IMG/VR virus record: IMGVR_UViG_3300034374_009411
Direction: 5' to 3' (one strand)
Length of the DNA: 64,000 nt
From: an uncultured virus (IMG/VR IMGVR_UViG_3300034374_009411)
Taxonomy: Duplodnaviria; Heunggongvirae; Uroviricota; Caudoviricetes
The notes beneath the pieces were generated by a model. That model did not search any database. It was not told the origin of the DNA and saw only the letters and a list, made by a program, of their open reading frames with translations. Made by a program: the position numbers and the translations under genes. This document shows positions 49,206-59,589 of this stretch, in pieces (within the stretch, counting starts at the first letter, position 1; each line of letters starts with the position of its first letter).

Positions 49206-50372
49206 TTAAATAAACCAAGTAACGATAGAGTATCTAATACCCTCAAGAACTTTCATTATTTCATGTGGATACATGAAGTTTGAGGGGAACACTATTACAG
49301 ATCCTGGTGCTGTTCTAATTTGAATTTCCCTATCAAAGAATGCCATCTCACCACCAATATAATCATCATTTAGATTGATTGACATTGATAGTGTTCTTGG
49401 ATTTGCTTTGTAACTATCGGTATGTTGTCGGTAGAATCCACCAACGTTATACCTTAAAAGATCATATCCACTATCTGATTCTAGTGTAAGAGTTGGGAAT
49501 TCGTCAACATATTTTTTTGCTGCAATAAATGACTTCTTAAATAACAAATCATCAATACTTTTTCTAACTTCTTGATTATTTGATATTACATCAGGTCGTG
49601 ATACATTTAAAATATCACAATTTCTTACTGTCGTAGACTCTTGACCAGTTCCTACCAATGCAGTTGTCCACTCATCACTATTACAGTATTCTTTAATAAT
49701 ACTGTCACATTCTTCTTTAGTAAGAATGTCATCATAGACTCTAATAAAGTCAGCAAGTGGATTTGTACTTGTAAATACTATTGTTTTCTCTGGTGGTTCT
49801 TCTCTTTGTGGTGGTTTAATTGCATCCTCAACGTATTTGTTTTGTTTGCAAAAGTACTTTAACTTATGTGGTCCATTGACATTAACGTAATGTAAGAACA
49901 ACTGAGTGCAATATTCACCATCAAAAGCATCTCTACCATGTCTAGCAATTGTCCCCAGATAGATCATTGCATCGCCTGGTTCTAAAGAGACATGAGTTCT
50001 TGTATTATCTGGAGATTCAATCCAAATATCCCAAGGTTTATCACAATCAAGGTTCAAGGTCAAAGATATTTCACATTCACCCTTATCAACATGACCATCT
50101 AATACATTACCATTTTGGTATATCCTTGCATAGGAATATGTGGGAAGAACTTGCTCCCCAACCAATTGACCCACTTGTGTGTTTTTTTCTACAAGTAACT
50201 GTACAAATGGTATATGATCAAACTTAGATACACAACCCTGAACTTGAGGATCATCCTCCAAATTATGAGTTTTACTATAATGTTTGAATTCTTCTGCTAA
50301 TTCTTTTGCCCGTTCCGATGATATAAAATTGGGAATAACTAAGTAATTTTTGTCAATCAATTGTTGGTTCAT
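49206..50372 (-). CDS. Tandem 2OG-Fe(II) oxygenase; C-terminal domain prolyl-4-hydroxylase-like
   Basis: Domain 1 HVD...H.R; domain 2 HTD...GGE...H.I..V..G.RYSIVTW. Confidence 0.9.
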   Translation of the reverse strand: MNQQLIDKNYLVIPNFISSERAKELAEEFKHYSKTHNLEDDPQVQGCVSKFDHIPFVQLLVEKNTQVGQLVGEQVLPTYSYARIYQNGNVLDGHVDKGECEISLTLNLDCDKPWDIWIESPDNTRTHVSLEPGDAMIYLGTIARHGRDAFDGEYCTQLFLHYVNVNGPHKLKYFCKQNKYVEDAIKPPQREEPPEKTIVFTSTNPLADFIRVYDDILTKEECDSIIKEYCNSDEWTTALVGTGQESTTVRNCDILNVSRPDVISNNQEVRKSIDDLLFKKSFIAAKKYVDEFPTLTLESDSGYDLLRYNVGGFYRQHTDSYKANPRTLSMSINLNDDYIGGEMAFFDREIQIRTAPGSVIVFPSNFMYPHEIMKVLEGIRYSIVTWFI

Positions 50373-50374
50373 AT

Positions 50375-51175
50375 TTAATCAGGAATTTCTGCATTTGGTA
50401 CATCTTCTTCAGAAGAATCTGATATCAATTCTTCAATTTCTGGAACGATTTGTTCCGTAGGATCTTCATCAAAAAGCAATTCTAACTTAAATTCATCTTC
50501 TAGTAAAGATAAATCAATACTACTAAAATCATCTGTCAACATCGTTTCCATTAACTCATCATCACCATCATCATCATCAAAATTTTCTTCATCAAGTTCA
50601 ACTTCTTCAATAACATCTTCAAATAGACCAGGATCAACTTCAGCATCAAAGACTACTAAACTTGGACTATTTTCATCCTCAAAGACAACTTCATTTTCAT
50701 CGTTTACTTCTTGTACTTTTGGTACTGAATAGAATAAACTTTCATGTGCTTCTGCTATCCTTCTATGCGCTTCATCTACTTGCCTGTCTGCATCTAATTG
50801 TGCTTGCCTTAAAGAATCCTCATGTCTCTGTTGCATTGATTCCATTCTTTCTTCAAGTTCTTGCATTACTTGTTGCCAAGAACCAACATTATTTGCTTCC
50901 TCTTCTTCTTGTCTCCTTTTTGCTTCAAGTTGAAGTTGATGCTCTTCATTAAAATGCTCAACATAACGTGTGAGCATATCCTTAGTTGCTGGAGTATTTG
51001 GAACTGGAGAATCGTACTCTACTTCACCAGTTCCTTCAGGTGTTCCATCATCTTTCCATTGAATTGCCCACAAATGCTCAATATCAGCAAAAGGCCACTT
51101 ATCTTCGGGAAAGAATATACCTACACCATCAATACTGATATATCTATCTGCTTCAATTAAAGTGAACTTCTTCAT
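50375..51175 (-). CDS. Hypothetical protein with coiled coil and acidic tail; possible tail-fibre chaperone
   Basis: WAIQW...GEVEY N-terminus; adjacent to fibre-like genes. Confidence 0.6.
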   Translation of the reverse strand: MKKFTLIEADRYISIDGVGIFFPEDKWPFADIEHLWAIQWKDDGTPEGTGEVEYDSPVPNTPATKDMLTRYVEHFNEEHQLQLEAKRRQEEEEANNVGSWQQVMQELEERMESMQQRHEDSLRQAQLDADRQVDEAHRRIAEAHESLFYSVPKVQEVNDENEVVFEDENSPSLVVFDAEVDPGLFEDVIEEVELDEENFDDDDGDDELMETMLTDDFSSIDLSLLEDEFKLELLFDEDPTEQIVPEIEELISDSSEEDVPNAEIPD

Positions 51176-51507
51176 TGATCGGAGACCTCTTCTACGTTTG
51201 CTTTAAGTATTTTATAATCTTGTGTATTTTGAAGCATTTGTGCTGCGGCAGACAATATATTAATATTGTTCTCATTTGCTTTTACCATCTCATTCCTGAA
51301 TGACTCAACAGCAGAACTTGTAGATCTTTGCTGTTGGGAATTCTCAATCATAAGCATAGGTAACCAATTAACTGCACATTGCCACTCATCAACTGGTTCA
51401 CCAGTGTTAGGATTTACTCCTCTAATTTGAGTATACCAAGAACACTCAATGCCTTTGCATTTATCCTGAATCAAAGGACAAAAATCACCCGATTTGATCT
51501 GTGCCAT
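51172..51507 (-). CDS. Cys-rich hypothetical protein
   Basis: CPL....C....C.W...W.CA...AVESFRNEMV. Confidence 0.8.
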   Translation of the reverse strand: MAQIKSGDFCPLIQDKCKGIECSWYTQIRGVNPNTGEPVDEWQCAVNWLPMLMIENSQQQRSTSSAVESFRNEMVKANENNINILSAAAQMLQNTQDYKILKANVEEVSDQ

Positions 51508-51542
51508 ATTTTAAAATACATTCAATAAAATTATAACAGTAT

Positions 51543-52178
51543 TTAGTCTATTGAGCAAAGTATAACATTAATATATTGCACTTCCATAGCAACAGTAGCA
51601 CTACTTGCAATATTAGTAAATGTAACAGTTCCACTAAATGGATGTCTATGAGCACCACCTCCTGTAGACTCAACCATTCCACCAGTGGCAACAGTTCCAC
51701 TTCTAACTCTTGCACCAGCATTACTAAATGGAGTAGCGTTAGAACCAGATGTTCCCGCAAGTGTTCCTGTATGTGTGTGATTTGGTATTTGACTTAAAGC
51801 AAGAGTTGTATTTCCAACATTGGCAGCAAGTGGAACAGGAATACTTACAGGAAATGTTCCACTATAAGTTTGGAATAAATTTGGAGAAGTTCCCCCCAAT
51901 ATTGTACTGAATGATGAACCTAATGTTCCTTGAACTCCACCAGTTCCCCAACTACCACCAGTAGTTGTGCTGTTTACAACTCTCAAAGCAAGATCATTGA
52001 TGTTAGTATTAACTGGTCCTGGAGCAGTTGCAGTAGTAACTTGTGTCCATCCAGTTGGAGCAGATGCCTGATAGAATAGTTTTTTAGTTCCTTGTGGATA
52101 CAACCAATAATAACTGTTAATAGAATTAGCAGGATCTGCCAGATCAAATTGTATCCCAGTGTTTGTTAATCTTGCCAT
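51543..52178 (-). CDS. Short tail-fibre / collar-like protein
   Basis: FYQASAPTGWTQ, TLALSQIPNHTH, HRH metal-binding HxH motifs. Confidence 0.8.
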   Translation of the reverse strand: MARLTNTGIQFDLADPANSINSYYWLYPQGTKKLFYQASAPTGWTQVTTATAPGPVNTNINDLALRVVNSTTTGGSWGTGGVQGTLGSSFSTILGGTSPNLFQTYSGTFPVSIPVPLAANVGNTTLALSQIPNHTHTGTLAGTSGSNATPFSNAGARVRSGTVATGGMVESTGGGAHRHPFSGTVTFTNIASSATVAMEVQYINVILCSID

Positions 52179-52185
52179 GATACTA

Positions 52186-52725
52186 TCAATTAAAACTGCA
52201 GATAATTACATCAATATATTGCAAATTCATATTCATAGTACCAGTACCAGTGGTTGTAAAATTTATCTCTCCTGAGAATGGGTGATCATGAGATTGACCG
52301 ATTGTAGGAGAAACAACACCACCAGTTGCATTTGTTCCTGATATTCTAAACGTGCCCGTTCCACCTGCTGCACTAGCAGTTCCACCAGTTAAAGAATCGT
52401 GAGTGTGATCTGGAATTTCACTTACAGCAAGAGTATGTCCACCAACAGTACCACTAACTGGAACTATTGCACTAAAATTAAGAGTAACTGTTCTAGCAGC
52501 ATTTGGAAATATTGACGAGAATACAGTAGCACCACCAAATCCACCTCCAGGTCCACTTACAACTCTTAACGCTCTATCATTATAAGAGGTATCCTGAGTC
52601 CATCCAGTTGGAGCAGATGCTTGAAAAAACACTCCTACAGTACTCTGAGGTATTACATCATATTTTGTAGTTAATGACGTACCATCAGGAAATGTTATCC
52701 CCGTAGACGTTAATATTGCAGCCAT
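52186..52725 (-). CDS. Short tail-fibre / collar-like protein (paralog)
   Basis: FFQASAPTGWTQ, TLAVSEIPDHTH, HDH, QYIDVIIC. Confidence 0.8.
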   Translation of the reverse strand: MAAILTSTGITFPDGTSLTTKYDVIPQSTVGVFFQASAPTGWTQDTSYNDRALRVVSGPGGGFGGATVFSSIFPNAARTVTLNFSAIVPVSGTVGGHTLAVSEIPDHTHDSLTGGTASAAGGTGTFRISGTNATGGVVSPTIGQSHDHPFSGEINFTTTGTGTMNMNLQYIDVIICSFN

Positions 52726-52753
52726 CTTTTAAATAATAACCTTTTAATATTCT

Positions 52754-52761
52754 TATTTATA
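52754..52761 (-). promoter_or_regulatory. T4 late promoter TATAAATA
   Basis: Exact consensus 28 nt upstream of the ATG at 52725. Confidence 0.85.
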
Positions 52762-52768
52762 GATGCTG

Positions 52769-53382
52769 TTATTCTTTAAACCAAAAACCATCAGCACTCA
52801 TAGTCCAACCATCAGCAACCATTTCATCATAAGTTTTATTCCTATCAGGTTGCCAGTAGTGCTCAGACTTCTCAGACTTCTCTTCCAAACACTTACCGTC
52901 GTTCTTTTTATACAGTTTACGGCACTTTTTTACTTCTTTTAATTCGTCTTTGATACGTTGATATGATTCTTCTGGAGTAATCTTGCGGGACATTTCCATA
53001 GCAATAATCACATCAACTCTTGTTCCAAAGTGCTTTAATGCTTCTTCAAAGCAATTTAGTTCTTCGTACATTTTATCTGTAGATGTAAGGATCTCTGTTT
53101 TTATTTTTAAGTCTTTGAACAAAATTTCTAATTCTATTCAAAATCTTTTTTATCTTATTCTTCATTTTGTTTTTTATTGAATCCAAATGGTTGATTTTCT
53201 ATCTCTTTTTGAACGCGAAGTTTTTGTGCTAATCCACAAATTTGTTCCATAGATTTAAGAACATCTTCTGCTTTACATTCCAAACCTTGATCATAAAGAT
53301 CTTCTTTTACAATAGAAAACAGTTCAAAGAACTGTTTAGATGCTGCTGTTACTTCTTCAGGAGTCAGTGGTTTGTTGTTCAT
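52769..53382 (-). other. Two small hypothetical ORFs (52769..about 53071 or 53122, and 53155..53382)
   Basis: Track ORFs on the coding strand. Confidence 0.7.
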
Positions 53383-53520
53383 TTGCTTTACTCACAGTTT
53401 CATGTAGTTGCTTCAATGCTTCAATAGTTTCTGGGGTCTCTTCCCATTCCCAAGTATCTCCAGACTTGGTTACAAATTGTCTAGTAGTCATAAATCCCAA
53501 TCATTGACAAATCAATTTTA

Positions 53521-54252
53521 TCACAAACTCATAGATTCTGCAATATACTTTGCAATCTTCTCATTAGTAACAGTTCCAGAATGAACACAATCTCTTGCAG
53601 AATCAACCTTCTTAATAAACTTACATTCTGGTATTATATTCTTATTTGACGGGAATAATGTAAAATCAGAATACCTTATTTTATTCCATAATTGAATTGC
53701 ATTAATCCTAGTCAACTTTAAAAACGATTCTGCATGAGAATCAAATAATCTCCAAGATTTGCCCAAACTAGCAATATCGTCATTCCAACTACCACAATGA
53801 ACTACCTTATCATTCAAATACAATGGACATCTTAGATAGGAAGACCAACCAAAAACAACACCAATAGGATTTGGTAAAGACTCTAACATCATTAAAGAAT
53901 TGTGCAATGAGAACATTGGAGAAGAACCAGGAACTCCCATATTTACAACATTCACTTTTGACATATCAGAAAGATGATAAGATATTGTCTCATCTTCAGA
54001 TACCCCAACCCCAAAAACATGAGAGCAACCAAATATAACTATTGATTTTGCCCAGTTTATATCTTTAAATTCTTTAGTCCTATACCCATGAGAATTTGTA
54101 AAGTATCTAACTATTTTATTCCTATAAGTCCAATTTGTTGGTTGAGTCTTTAAATTCTTTTTATATAATGCTTTACTATCCTGATCAAACCAATTTGCAT
54201 CTTCAACCTTATCTTCTATCGGAAAGAATTTTAAATCCTCTATATTTTTCAT
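53521..54252 (-). CDS. SGNH/GDSL-like protein
   Basis: NSHGYR, FGCSHVFGVG, NMGVPGSS, RDCVH (DxxH). Confidence 0.75.
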   Translation of the reverse strand: MKNIEDLKFFPIEDKVEDANWFDQDSKALYKKNLKTQPTNWTYRNKIVRYFTNSHGYRTKEFKDINWAKSIVIFGCSHVFGVGVSEDETISYHLSDMSKVNVVNMGVPGSSPMFSLHNSLMMLESLPNPIGVVFGWSSYLRCPLYLNDKVVHCGSWNDDIASLGKSWRLFDSHAESFLKLTRINAIQLWNKIRYSDFTLFPSNKNIIPECKFIKKVDSARDCVHSGTVTNEKIAKYIAESMSL

Positions 54253-55673
54253 GAAAATATCTTTACTTTATTTTCCTTTGACCATCTGATACAATCATCT
54301 TCATCATTTAATATTGGTTCACCCTTAATGTTCAAACTAGTATTTAAGAGGATTGGATGACCAGTTTGCTTTCCCCAACGTAAAAGAAGATCATGTAACC
54401 TTGGAGCATCAGACTTTTTAACTGTTTGTACTCTACTAGTATTATCAACATGAACAATGCCAGGGAACTTTTCTGGCATCTTACACTTTACAGCATATTG
54501 CATAAAAGGACTCTCAACCATATCCTCATGCATGTCAAAATACTTCGATGCATACTCAATTGGAACTACTGGTGAGAATGGTCTAAAAGGTTCCCTTTTC
54601 TTTATTCTATTTGCAACATCTTTTATATTTCTAAATGTAGCATCTCCAATTAAACTCCTAGCACCTAATGCCCTAGGTCCAAACTCTGCTCTACCTCTAG
54701 CAACACCACAAATTCTATGCTTAGTTAAGTAATTAACAATATCGGCATTAGTATCTTTGTGCAATATCTTATAACCAATATAGGGAGTAAAGTTAATCTT
54801 TACCTTTTTATGTGCAAGAACGGCACCTATTGCAGAACCAGCGTCTCCTGGTGCGGGAATGATCCAAACGTTTTTATAATAATCATATGCATTGATATTT
54901 GCTACACAGTTTAAAGCACAACCACCAACCAATGTAAGATTATCAGATTTTATGAGTCTTTTTGCCTTTGTCAGTATAGTTTTAAATAACAATTCATAAA
55001 CCTCTTGGGTTGCAGCAGCAATATCTTCAACAGACTCTTCAGGTCTCCAATCCAAACAACCTTTATGAAAATTTCTTTTACAGTTAAAGTTTAAGTCTAT
55101 CAGCTCATCTATAATTGCATCTTTTAATTTATTTTTATCTCCAAATGCAGATAATGCCATTAAGATATACTCTTCTTCATTTGGTTTAAATCCACAACGT
55201 TGCGTCATTGCAGAATACCAAAGACCTATACTATTTGGATATGTAAGTTTATACTTTAATTTTAACTCTTTTTTATATGCTTCCCAAATACTTAAAGTAG
55301 TAAATTCACCAATAGCATCAATAACAACTACGGCAGAATGATGGAATTTACTGGTAAAATGACCAGCAGATGCATGACTATAGTGATGATCTATAAACTT
55401 ATGCTTACATTCAAAATATTTTTTAAAATTTTGAATGCCAAATCCTTGTCCTGCGGTTACCTGTCTTAGTTTTTTCTTAAGTGGGTTTTCGTACCAACAA
55501 ACTAATTCAGGTTTACCATATGCAAGAGCATGATGTATTAATGACTCTGGTATATCAGGGTCATTTTTTATTTTACTAAATCTTTCACTCTCACTAGCAA
55601 AAACTAATGTATCATTAGAAAAAACAGATAATGCTGCATTGTGACTATTTGCAGATATTCCCCAGGTAATCAT
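54249..55673 (-). CDS. Carbamoyltransferase (NodU/CmcH/TobZ family)
   Basis: ERFSKIKND, HH.SHA, DAIGE, GGCALNC.AN, EFGPRALG.RS, KKREPFRPF, H.D.TSRVQ, LNTSLN..GEP. Confidence 0.95.
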   Translation of the reverse strand: MITWGISANSHNAALSVFSNDTLVFASESERFSKIKNDPDIPESLIHHALAYGKPELVCWYENPLKKKLRQVTAGQGFGIQNFKKYFECKHKFIDHHYSHASAGHFTSKFHHSAVVVIDAIGEFTTLSIWEAYKKELKLKYKLTYPNSIGLWYSAMTQRCGFKPNEEEYILMALSAFGDKNKLKDAIIDELIDLNFNCKRNFHKGCLDWRPEESVEDIAAATQEVYELLFKTILTKAKRLIKSDNLTLVGGCALNCVANINAYDYYKNVWIIPAPGDAGSAIGAVLAHKKVKINFTPYIGYKILHKDTNADIVNYLTKHRICGVARGRAEFGPRALGARSLIGDATFRNIKDVANRIKKREPFRPFSPVVPIEYASKYFDMHEDMVESPFMQYAVKCKMPEKFPGIVHVDNTSRVQTVKKSDAPRLHDLLLRWGKQTGHPILLNTSLNIKGEPILNDEDDCIRWSKENKVKIFS

Positions 55674-55686
55674 AATTTACCTCCTT

Positions 55687-55938
55687 TTACAATTTACCTC
55701 CAACATAACTATCCCCAACCACTCTTGTATATTGATCAAGAGTTCCTTCCTGTTCACATTTAAGATGCCAGCGTGTCATATGAATCACTGCCTCTTTAGT
55801 AACACCAAACAAAAAGTCTTTGCCAGTATCTTTACGAACACTCTTCCACATGAATCTGGTTTGTTCTACATAGAATGCATCATCAATCCATTCTACTTCA
55901 GCGATTTCAGGATGTTCATTTTTAATATCTTCACTCAT
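55687..55938 (-). CDS. Hypothetical protein
   Basis: 83-aa ORF in the operon. Confidence 0.75.
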   Translation of the reverse strand: MSEDIKNEHPEIAEVEWIDDAFYVEQTRFMWKSVRKDTGKDFLFGVTKEAVIHMTRWHLKCEQEGTLDQYTRVVGDSYVGGKL

Positions 55939-56764
55939 TTAAATTCTCCCAATAACTAACAGGTAATGTTGGATCTTTTTTAATATAGGGTTCTAATGTA
56001 TTTGCTGGGCACATAGAACAGAATAATTCATCTTCTTTTGATAGAAATTCGATTAATTCTTTATCAGTACAGTTGTAATCGAGTGGTTTATATTTTAGAT
56101 AGTAATTCCACTTTGAGTTCAATTTGTATTTATTGGATTGCATTGGTAAGTATGCCAAAGGTGGACACTTCCATAACTTACCTTCATGAAGTTGTATAGC
56201 ATGTTTTGATATACATTTTTCCCAACTTAACCTTGGATTATCATCTTCATATGGCATCATATTACTGCCATATCCTTTGTATTGGGGTATCCAATGTTTG
56301 TTTGTAAAATCCCAAAATTCAACATGAACTCCCAAATCATGTCTCCATGACTTAGCAAGTTCATAACCTCTTTTGAATTTTTTAGCGTAATTTTTATCCT
56401 TAATACTGTGGATAGATATTGCTAAGTTTGTTTTTGTTGCCAATAATGCTTGAGGGAGTCTAGGGTGTTTATGTAAAAAACTAGCATTTGATACTAAATC
56501 TATTTTAATTGATGGATCAGGATATATCATCCTGATCAAGTATATAATGTCTGTTAAGTCGTTGTTTAATGTTGGTTCTCCACCTAAGATGACAAATGTA
56601 TCAGGCACCACCCTTTGACCCCAATTATATAGCCATTCTCTAGCAGTATCTAATGACAAGTTGCCAAAGTGTCCATGATTAGAATAATGAGAGCAACCCT
56701 CACAAGTAAAATTACATGCATGAGTAACATGCAATTCTATTTGTCTGGTCTTAATCTGATTCAT
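55931..56764 (-). CDS. Radical SAM protein
   Basis: CNFTCEGC (CxxxCxxC), GGEP, C-terminal C...C...CxxC. Confidence 0.92.
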   Translation of the reverse strand: MNQIKTRQIELHVTHACNFTCEGCSHYSNHGHFGNLSLDTAREWLYNWGQRVVPDTFVILGGEPTLNNDLTDIIYLIRMIYPDPSIKIDLVSNASFLHKHPRLPQALLATKTNLAISIHSIKDKNYAKKFKRGYELAKSWRHDLGVHVEFWDFTNKHWIPQYKGYGSNMMPYEDDNPRLSWEKCISKHAIQLHEGKLWKCPPLAYLPMQSNKYKLNSKWNYYLKYKPLDYNCTDKELIEFLSKEDELFCSMCPANTLEPYIKKDPTLPVSYWENLNE

Positions 56765-56942
56765 TTTTCTTTTTTCTTGGTTTGGATAATTTATATTCCC
56801 TTTTTGTTAGTCCATACCTTTTGATATACTTATCTGCATGAGATATATCAGCAAAAAAACATAGTTCTGTAGTTATCTTTTTAGATTTAATATCAAGTCT
56901 GATTGGCATAGATTTATAAGGAAATTTAGATTCACCCATCAA
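56751..56942 (-). CDS. Small basic hypothetical protein
   Basis: 63-aa ORF overlapping both neighbours. Confidence 0.65.
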   Translation of the reverse strand: MMGESKFPYKSMPIRLDIKSKKITTELCFFADISHADKYIKRYGLTKREYKLSKPRKKKNESD

Positions 56943-57480
56943 TAAGTCCTCGATTAATCAAATGTTCAGAAACTTGCTCAAAAGATTTATCTTTGATTTG
57001 TAAGGATAAAAACTTTCTATCAATCACATCACTGTCAAAAAAGGACTTTACAGAGTGTGGTTTAGTGACATCTAATAAAACAATATCACCAATTTTTGCA
57101 ATGAATTTATCTACTTTTTTAAAGTAATCGTGAAAAAATAACGCATTTTCAACATCATCACTTAGATTTTTTGTGTCAACATCATGTCTCATTTCATAAA
57201 AATGCGTAACACATCTATCAGTTTTTAAATAAAAATTTATTGAGCATTTAACATCCAAATCTACATGAACTGGAATAGATGTGTTGATTTCAACTAGTGA
57301 CCATCTAATTTTTGAATCTTCTGGAATATATGATGCAAATGAGTCGCTATCCACATTTACATCATAGTATATCATACCCCTCAATCCCGATGGAGTATCA
57401 ATACAGTAGTCCATTCTAGAATTTAGTTTTCTATAGTATGGATCATAATCAAGTTTTTTATTTAATTTGCGGTAAAACAT
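56932..57480 (-). CDS. Putative DSBH / 2OG-Fe(II)-like oxygenase
   Basis: HVD...INF...PHSV...R. Confidence 0.65.
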   Translation of the reverse strand: MFYRKLNKKLDYDPYYRKLNSRMDYCIDTPSGLRGMIYYDVNVDSDSFASYIPEDSKIRWSLVEINTSIPVHVDLDVKCSINFYLKTDRCVTHFYEMRHDVDTKNLSDDVENALFFHDYFKKVDKFIAKIGDIVLLDVTKPHSVKSFFDSDVIDRKFLSLQIKDKSFEQVSEHLINRGLIDG

Positions 57481-57482
57481 AA

Positions 57483-57956
57483 TTAGTAACTAAATTGCTC
57501 CCACTCAGAAACTTTTGAGTTCATAAGTTCAAAAGTTATTTTATTCCATGGTGCTCTTGGTTTTCTCATTAACTTCATAGTAGTATGTTCAAGTAATTTA
57601 TCACTTTTTTTGATGTTACATGAACTACATGCAACAACTAGATTTTCCCAACTATCTTCTCCTCCTTTGCTACGAGGAATTACATGATCCAATGTCAATT
57701 TTGATTTTGAACCACAATACTGGCAGGTATTATTATCTCTCTTATAAATTCCTGTTTTTGTTGGTCTTTCTCTTGATGACATACTCAATGGAATTTTAAT
57801 GTAGTTAACAAGTCTAACAACTCTTTCTGAAATTACTTGGACTTTTTGCTTTAAAATCAAAACCACTGCCCTCTTCCAACTTGTAAAATTTATTGGAATA
57901 TATGAGGAATTAAGTACCAATATAGTATGATGTGGTTTTATTTTTAGATGTTCCAT
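57483..57956 (-). CDS. HNH endonuclease
   Basis: RDNNTCQYCG...TLDHVIPRSKGG..SWENLV.AC..CN..K. Confidence 0.93.
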   Translation of the reverse strand: MEHLKIKPHHTILVLNSSYIPINFTSWKRAVVLILKQKVQVISERVVRLVNYIKIPLSMSSRERPTKTGIYKRDNNTCQYCGSKSKLTLDHVIPRSKGGEDSWENLVVACSSCNIKKSDKLLEHTTMKLMRKPRAPWNKITFELMNSKVSEWEQFSY

Positions 57957-57993
57957 AAAACCTTTAGAGTAGTGCTTAGTGGATACTATTATA

Positions 57994-58242
57994 TCACCTA
58001 ATCAATCTATCTGACAAATTTAACTTACATAACATTTTTTCCAAATCAGCATTTCTAGAACTATGAGATGCAATATATGTCAAAAACTTCTTCCTTATAT
58101 TGTTAAATATGTTTTTATTATTCTTCATCCACATAAATTCATCTCTAGTGAAGTGAGAAAAATCATTGTAGTCAATTTTTTCTTGATGTTTGCTTATTTT
58201 TCTTATTATACTTAGTAGAATAATTCTATCTGGTGCTATCAT
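57994..58242 (-). CDS. Hypothetical protein
   Basis: 82-aa ORF with ATGA overlap. Confidence 0.6.
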   Translation of the reverse strand: MIAPDRIILLSIIRKISKHQEKIDYNDFSHFTRDEFMWMKNNKNIFNNIRKKFLTYIASHSSRNADLEKMLCKLNLSDRLIR

Positions 58243-58886
58243 ATTGCACCTCCACGAATATAATGATCCATTTTTGATGGATGCATAAAATCAACAACTA
58301 TAACGCATCTATAGTAATCTTCAGCAACTATTGGTGGAGGCATAGCTGGTTGATGATTGATATGAGAGTGATGTATTAATAAAGAATTTTCATCTCCAGG
58401 TACGATAATTTCTCTACCACCATTTTCAATTAAGGTTCCATATATTCTAGATGGATTCTTAAGATAAAATATCATTCCCAAATCAAAATATTCATGCTTA
58501 TGAGTATTACCGTAATTTATATATAATTCTTCATTATAGTTTTCTATTTTTGTTCCCTTGAATCTTTTTGCCCAATAAGATTGTACTTCAAGTTGAGAAT
58601 ACCATGGATTGTCCGAAATTGCAGCATAGTTATATAAGTGCGATTTGACTAATCTAAAGAAATTAGTCCAACTTACTTTATGCTGCAAAGTTCTATTTGG
58701 AAGCTCATGTGTTGCCTCAACAGACATATCCCATTTATTTACAGACACCTCCAACTCATTATCAATTTCATCAAGTAAATTATGAATATCATATTTACTG
58801 AGTAAATTGTATGCTTTATAGATTAAATTGCCACAAAAATAGAAGGATTCAAAATTTCTTGGATCATCAGGATATTGTAATTCCAT
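58239..58886 (-). CDS. Putative 2OG-Fe(II) oxygenase
   Basis: HKH...IFYL...H.P...R. Confidence 0.6.
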   Translation of the reverse strand: MELQYPDDPRNFESFYFCGNLIYKAYNLLSKYDIHNLLDEIDNELEVSVNKWDMSVEATHELPNRTLQHKVSWTNFFRLVKSHLYNYAAISDNPWYSQLEVQSYWAKRFKGTKIENYNEELYINYGNTHKHEYFDLGMIFYLKNPSRIYGTLIENGGREIIVPGDENSLLIHHSHINHQPAMPPPIVAEDYYRCVIVVDFMHPSKMDHYIRGGAI

Positions 58887-58891
58887 ATTCT

Positions 58892-59449
58892 TTAAAAATT
58901 TGCAGACAGTATTATCCTTTGATCTTCAGTAGTATTTGTGGGGGCATAATGAGACAAGGCAGATGGAAAAAAGATGATGGTTCCCTCATCAACTCCCTCT
59001 GGTTCATATTCCAATACATTACCATCAATCATAGAAACAAATGGGGCAATAAAAGTAGTTGGTAAATGACTTGACGGATTATAGTTTATATAACAAACCA
59101 TACTAAATCCACCAAGTCCATGATTATGAACTCCATGGTAATGTGCTTTATTATATGCTTGGAACCAAGCAGATTTAATTTTAGTTTGATTAAGATTTAG
59201 GGAATCAAAAAATTTTTTTATATCATCATATAAGATAGATTCAACAAATTGTGTGTAATTATTCGTCTTTTCAACATCATAATCACTAAATTGTTCATCA
59301 AATTTTTGTTTTGTTAATTTTGCCGAGTTATTATATATTTTCAGTAAATATTGTTTCTTTTTCTCCCAACTAATTACTTTAGACTGATAGAATGGGATTG
59401 CGAACTCTTTAATAAAAAAATCAGTTGAACTCGGCATTTCTCCTTCCAT
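58892..59449 (-). CDS. Putative 2OG-Fe(II) oxygenase
   Basis: AWFQ.Y...H..HNH...EGTIIFFPS.L.H...R.ILSANF. Confidence 0.8.
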   Translation of the reverse strand: MEGEMPSSTDFFIKEFAIPFYQSKVISWEKKKQYLLKIYNNSAKLTKQKFDEQFSDYDVEKTNNYTQFVESILYDDIKKFFDSLNLNQTKIKSAWFQAYNKAHYHGVHNHGLGGFSMVCYINYNPSSHLPTTFIAPFVSMIDGNVLEYEPEGVDEGTIIFFPSALSHYAPTNTTEDQRIILSANF

Positions 59450-59589
59450 CTAGATGAAATAAAACCTCACTTCTCCACTCCATCAATTCATAAAAGCATT
59501 CTTGTTCATGTGCCACTTGACGTAGTTCGTGATCTGGTTTTAAAACGCTCTCATAAAAAAGATTAAATGCATCGCGGCGTTTTTGTAGT

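Noticed and set aside
57483..57956. HNH gene as an intron-encoded or intein element
   Set aside because: Free-standing, with intact flanking genes and no splicing motifs seen
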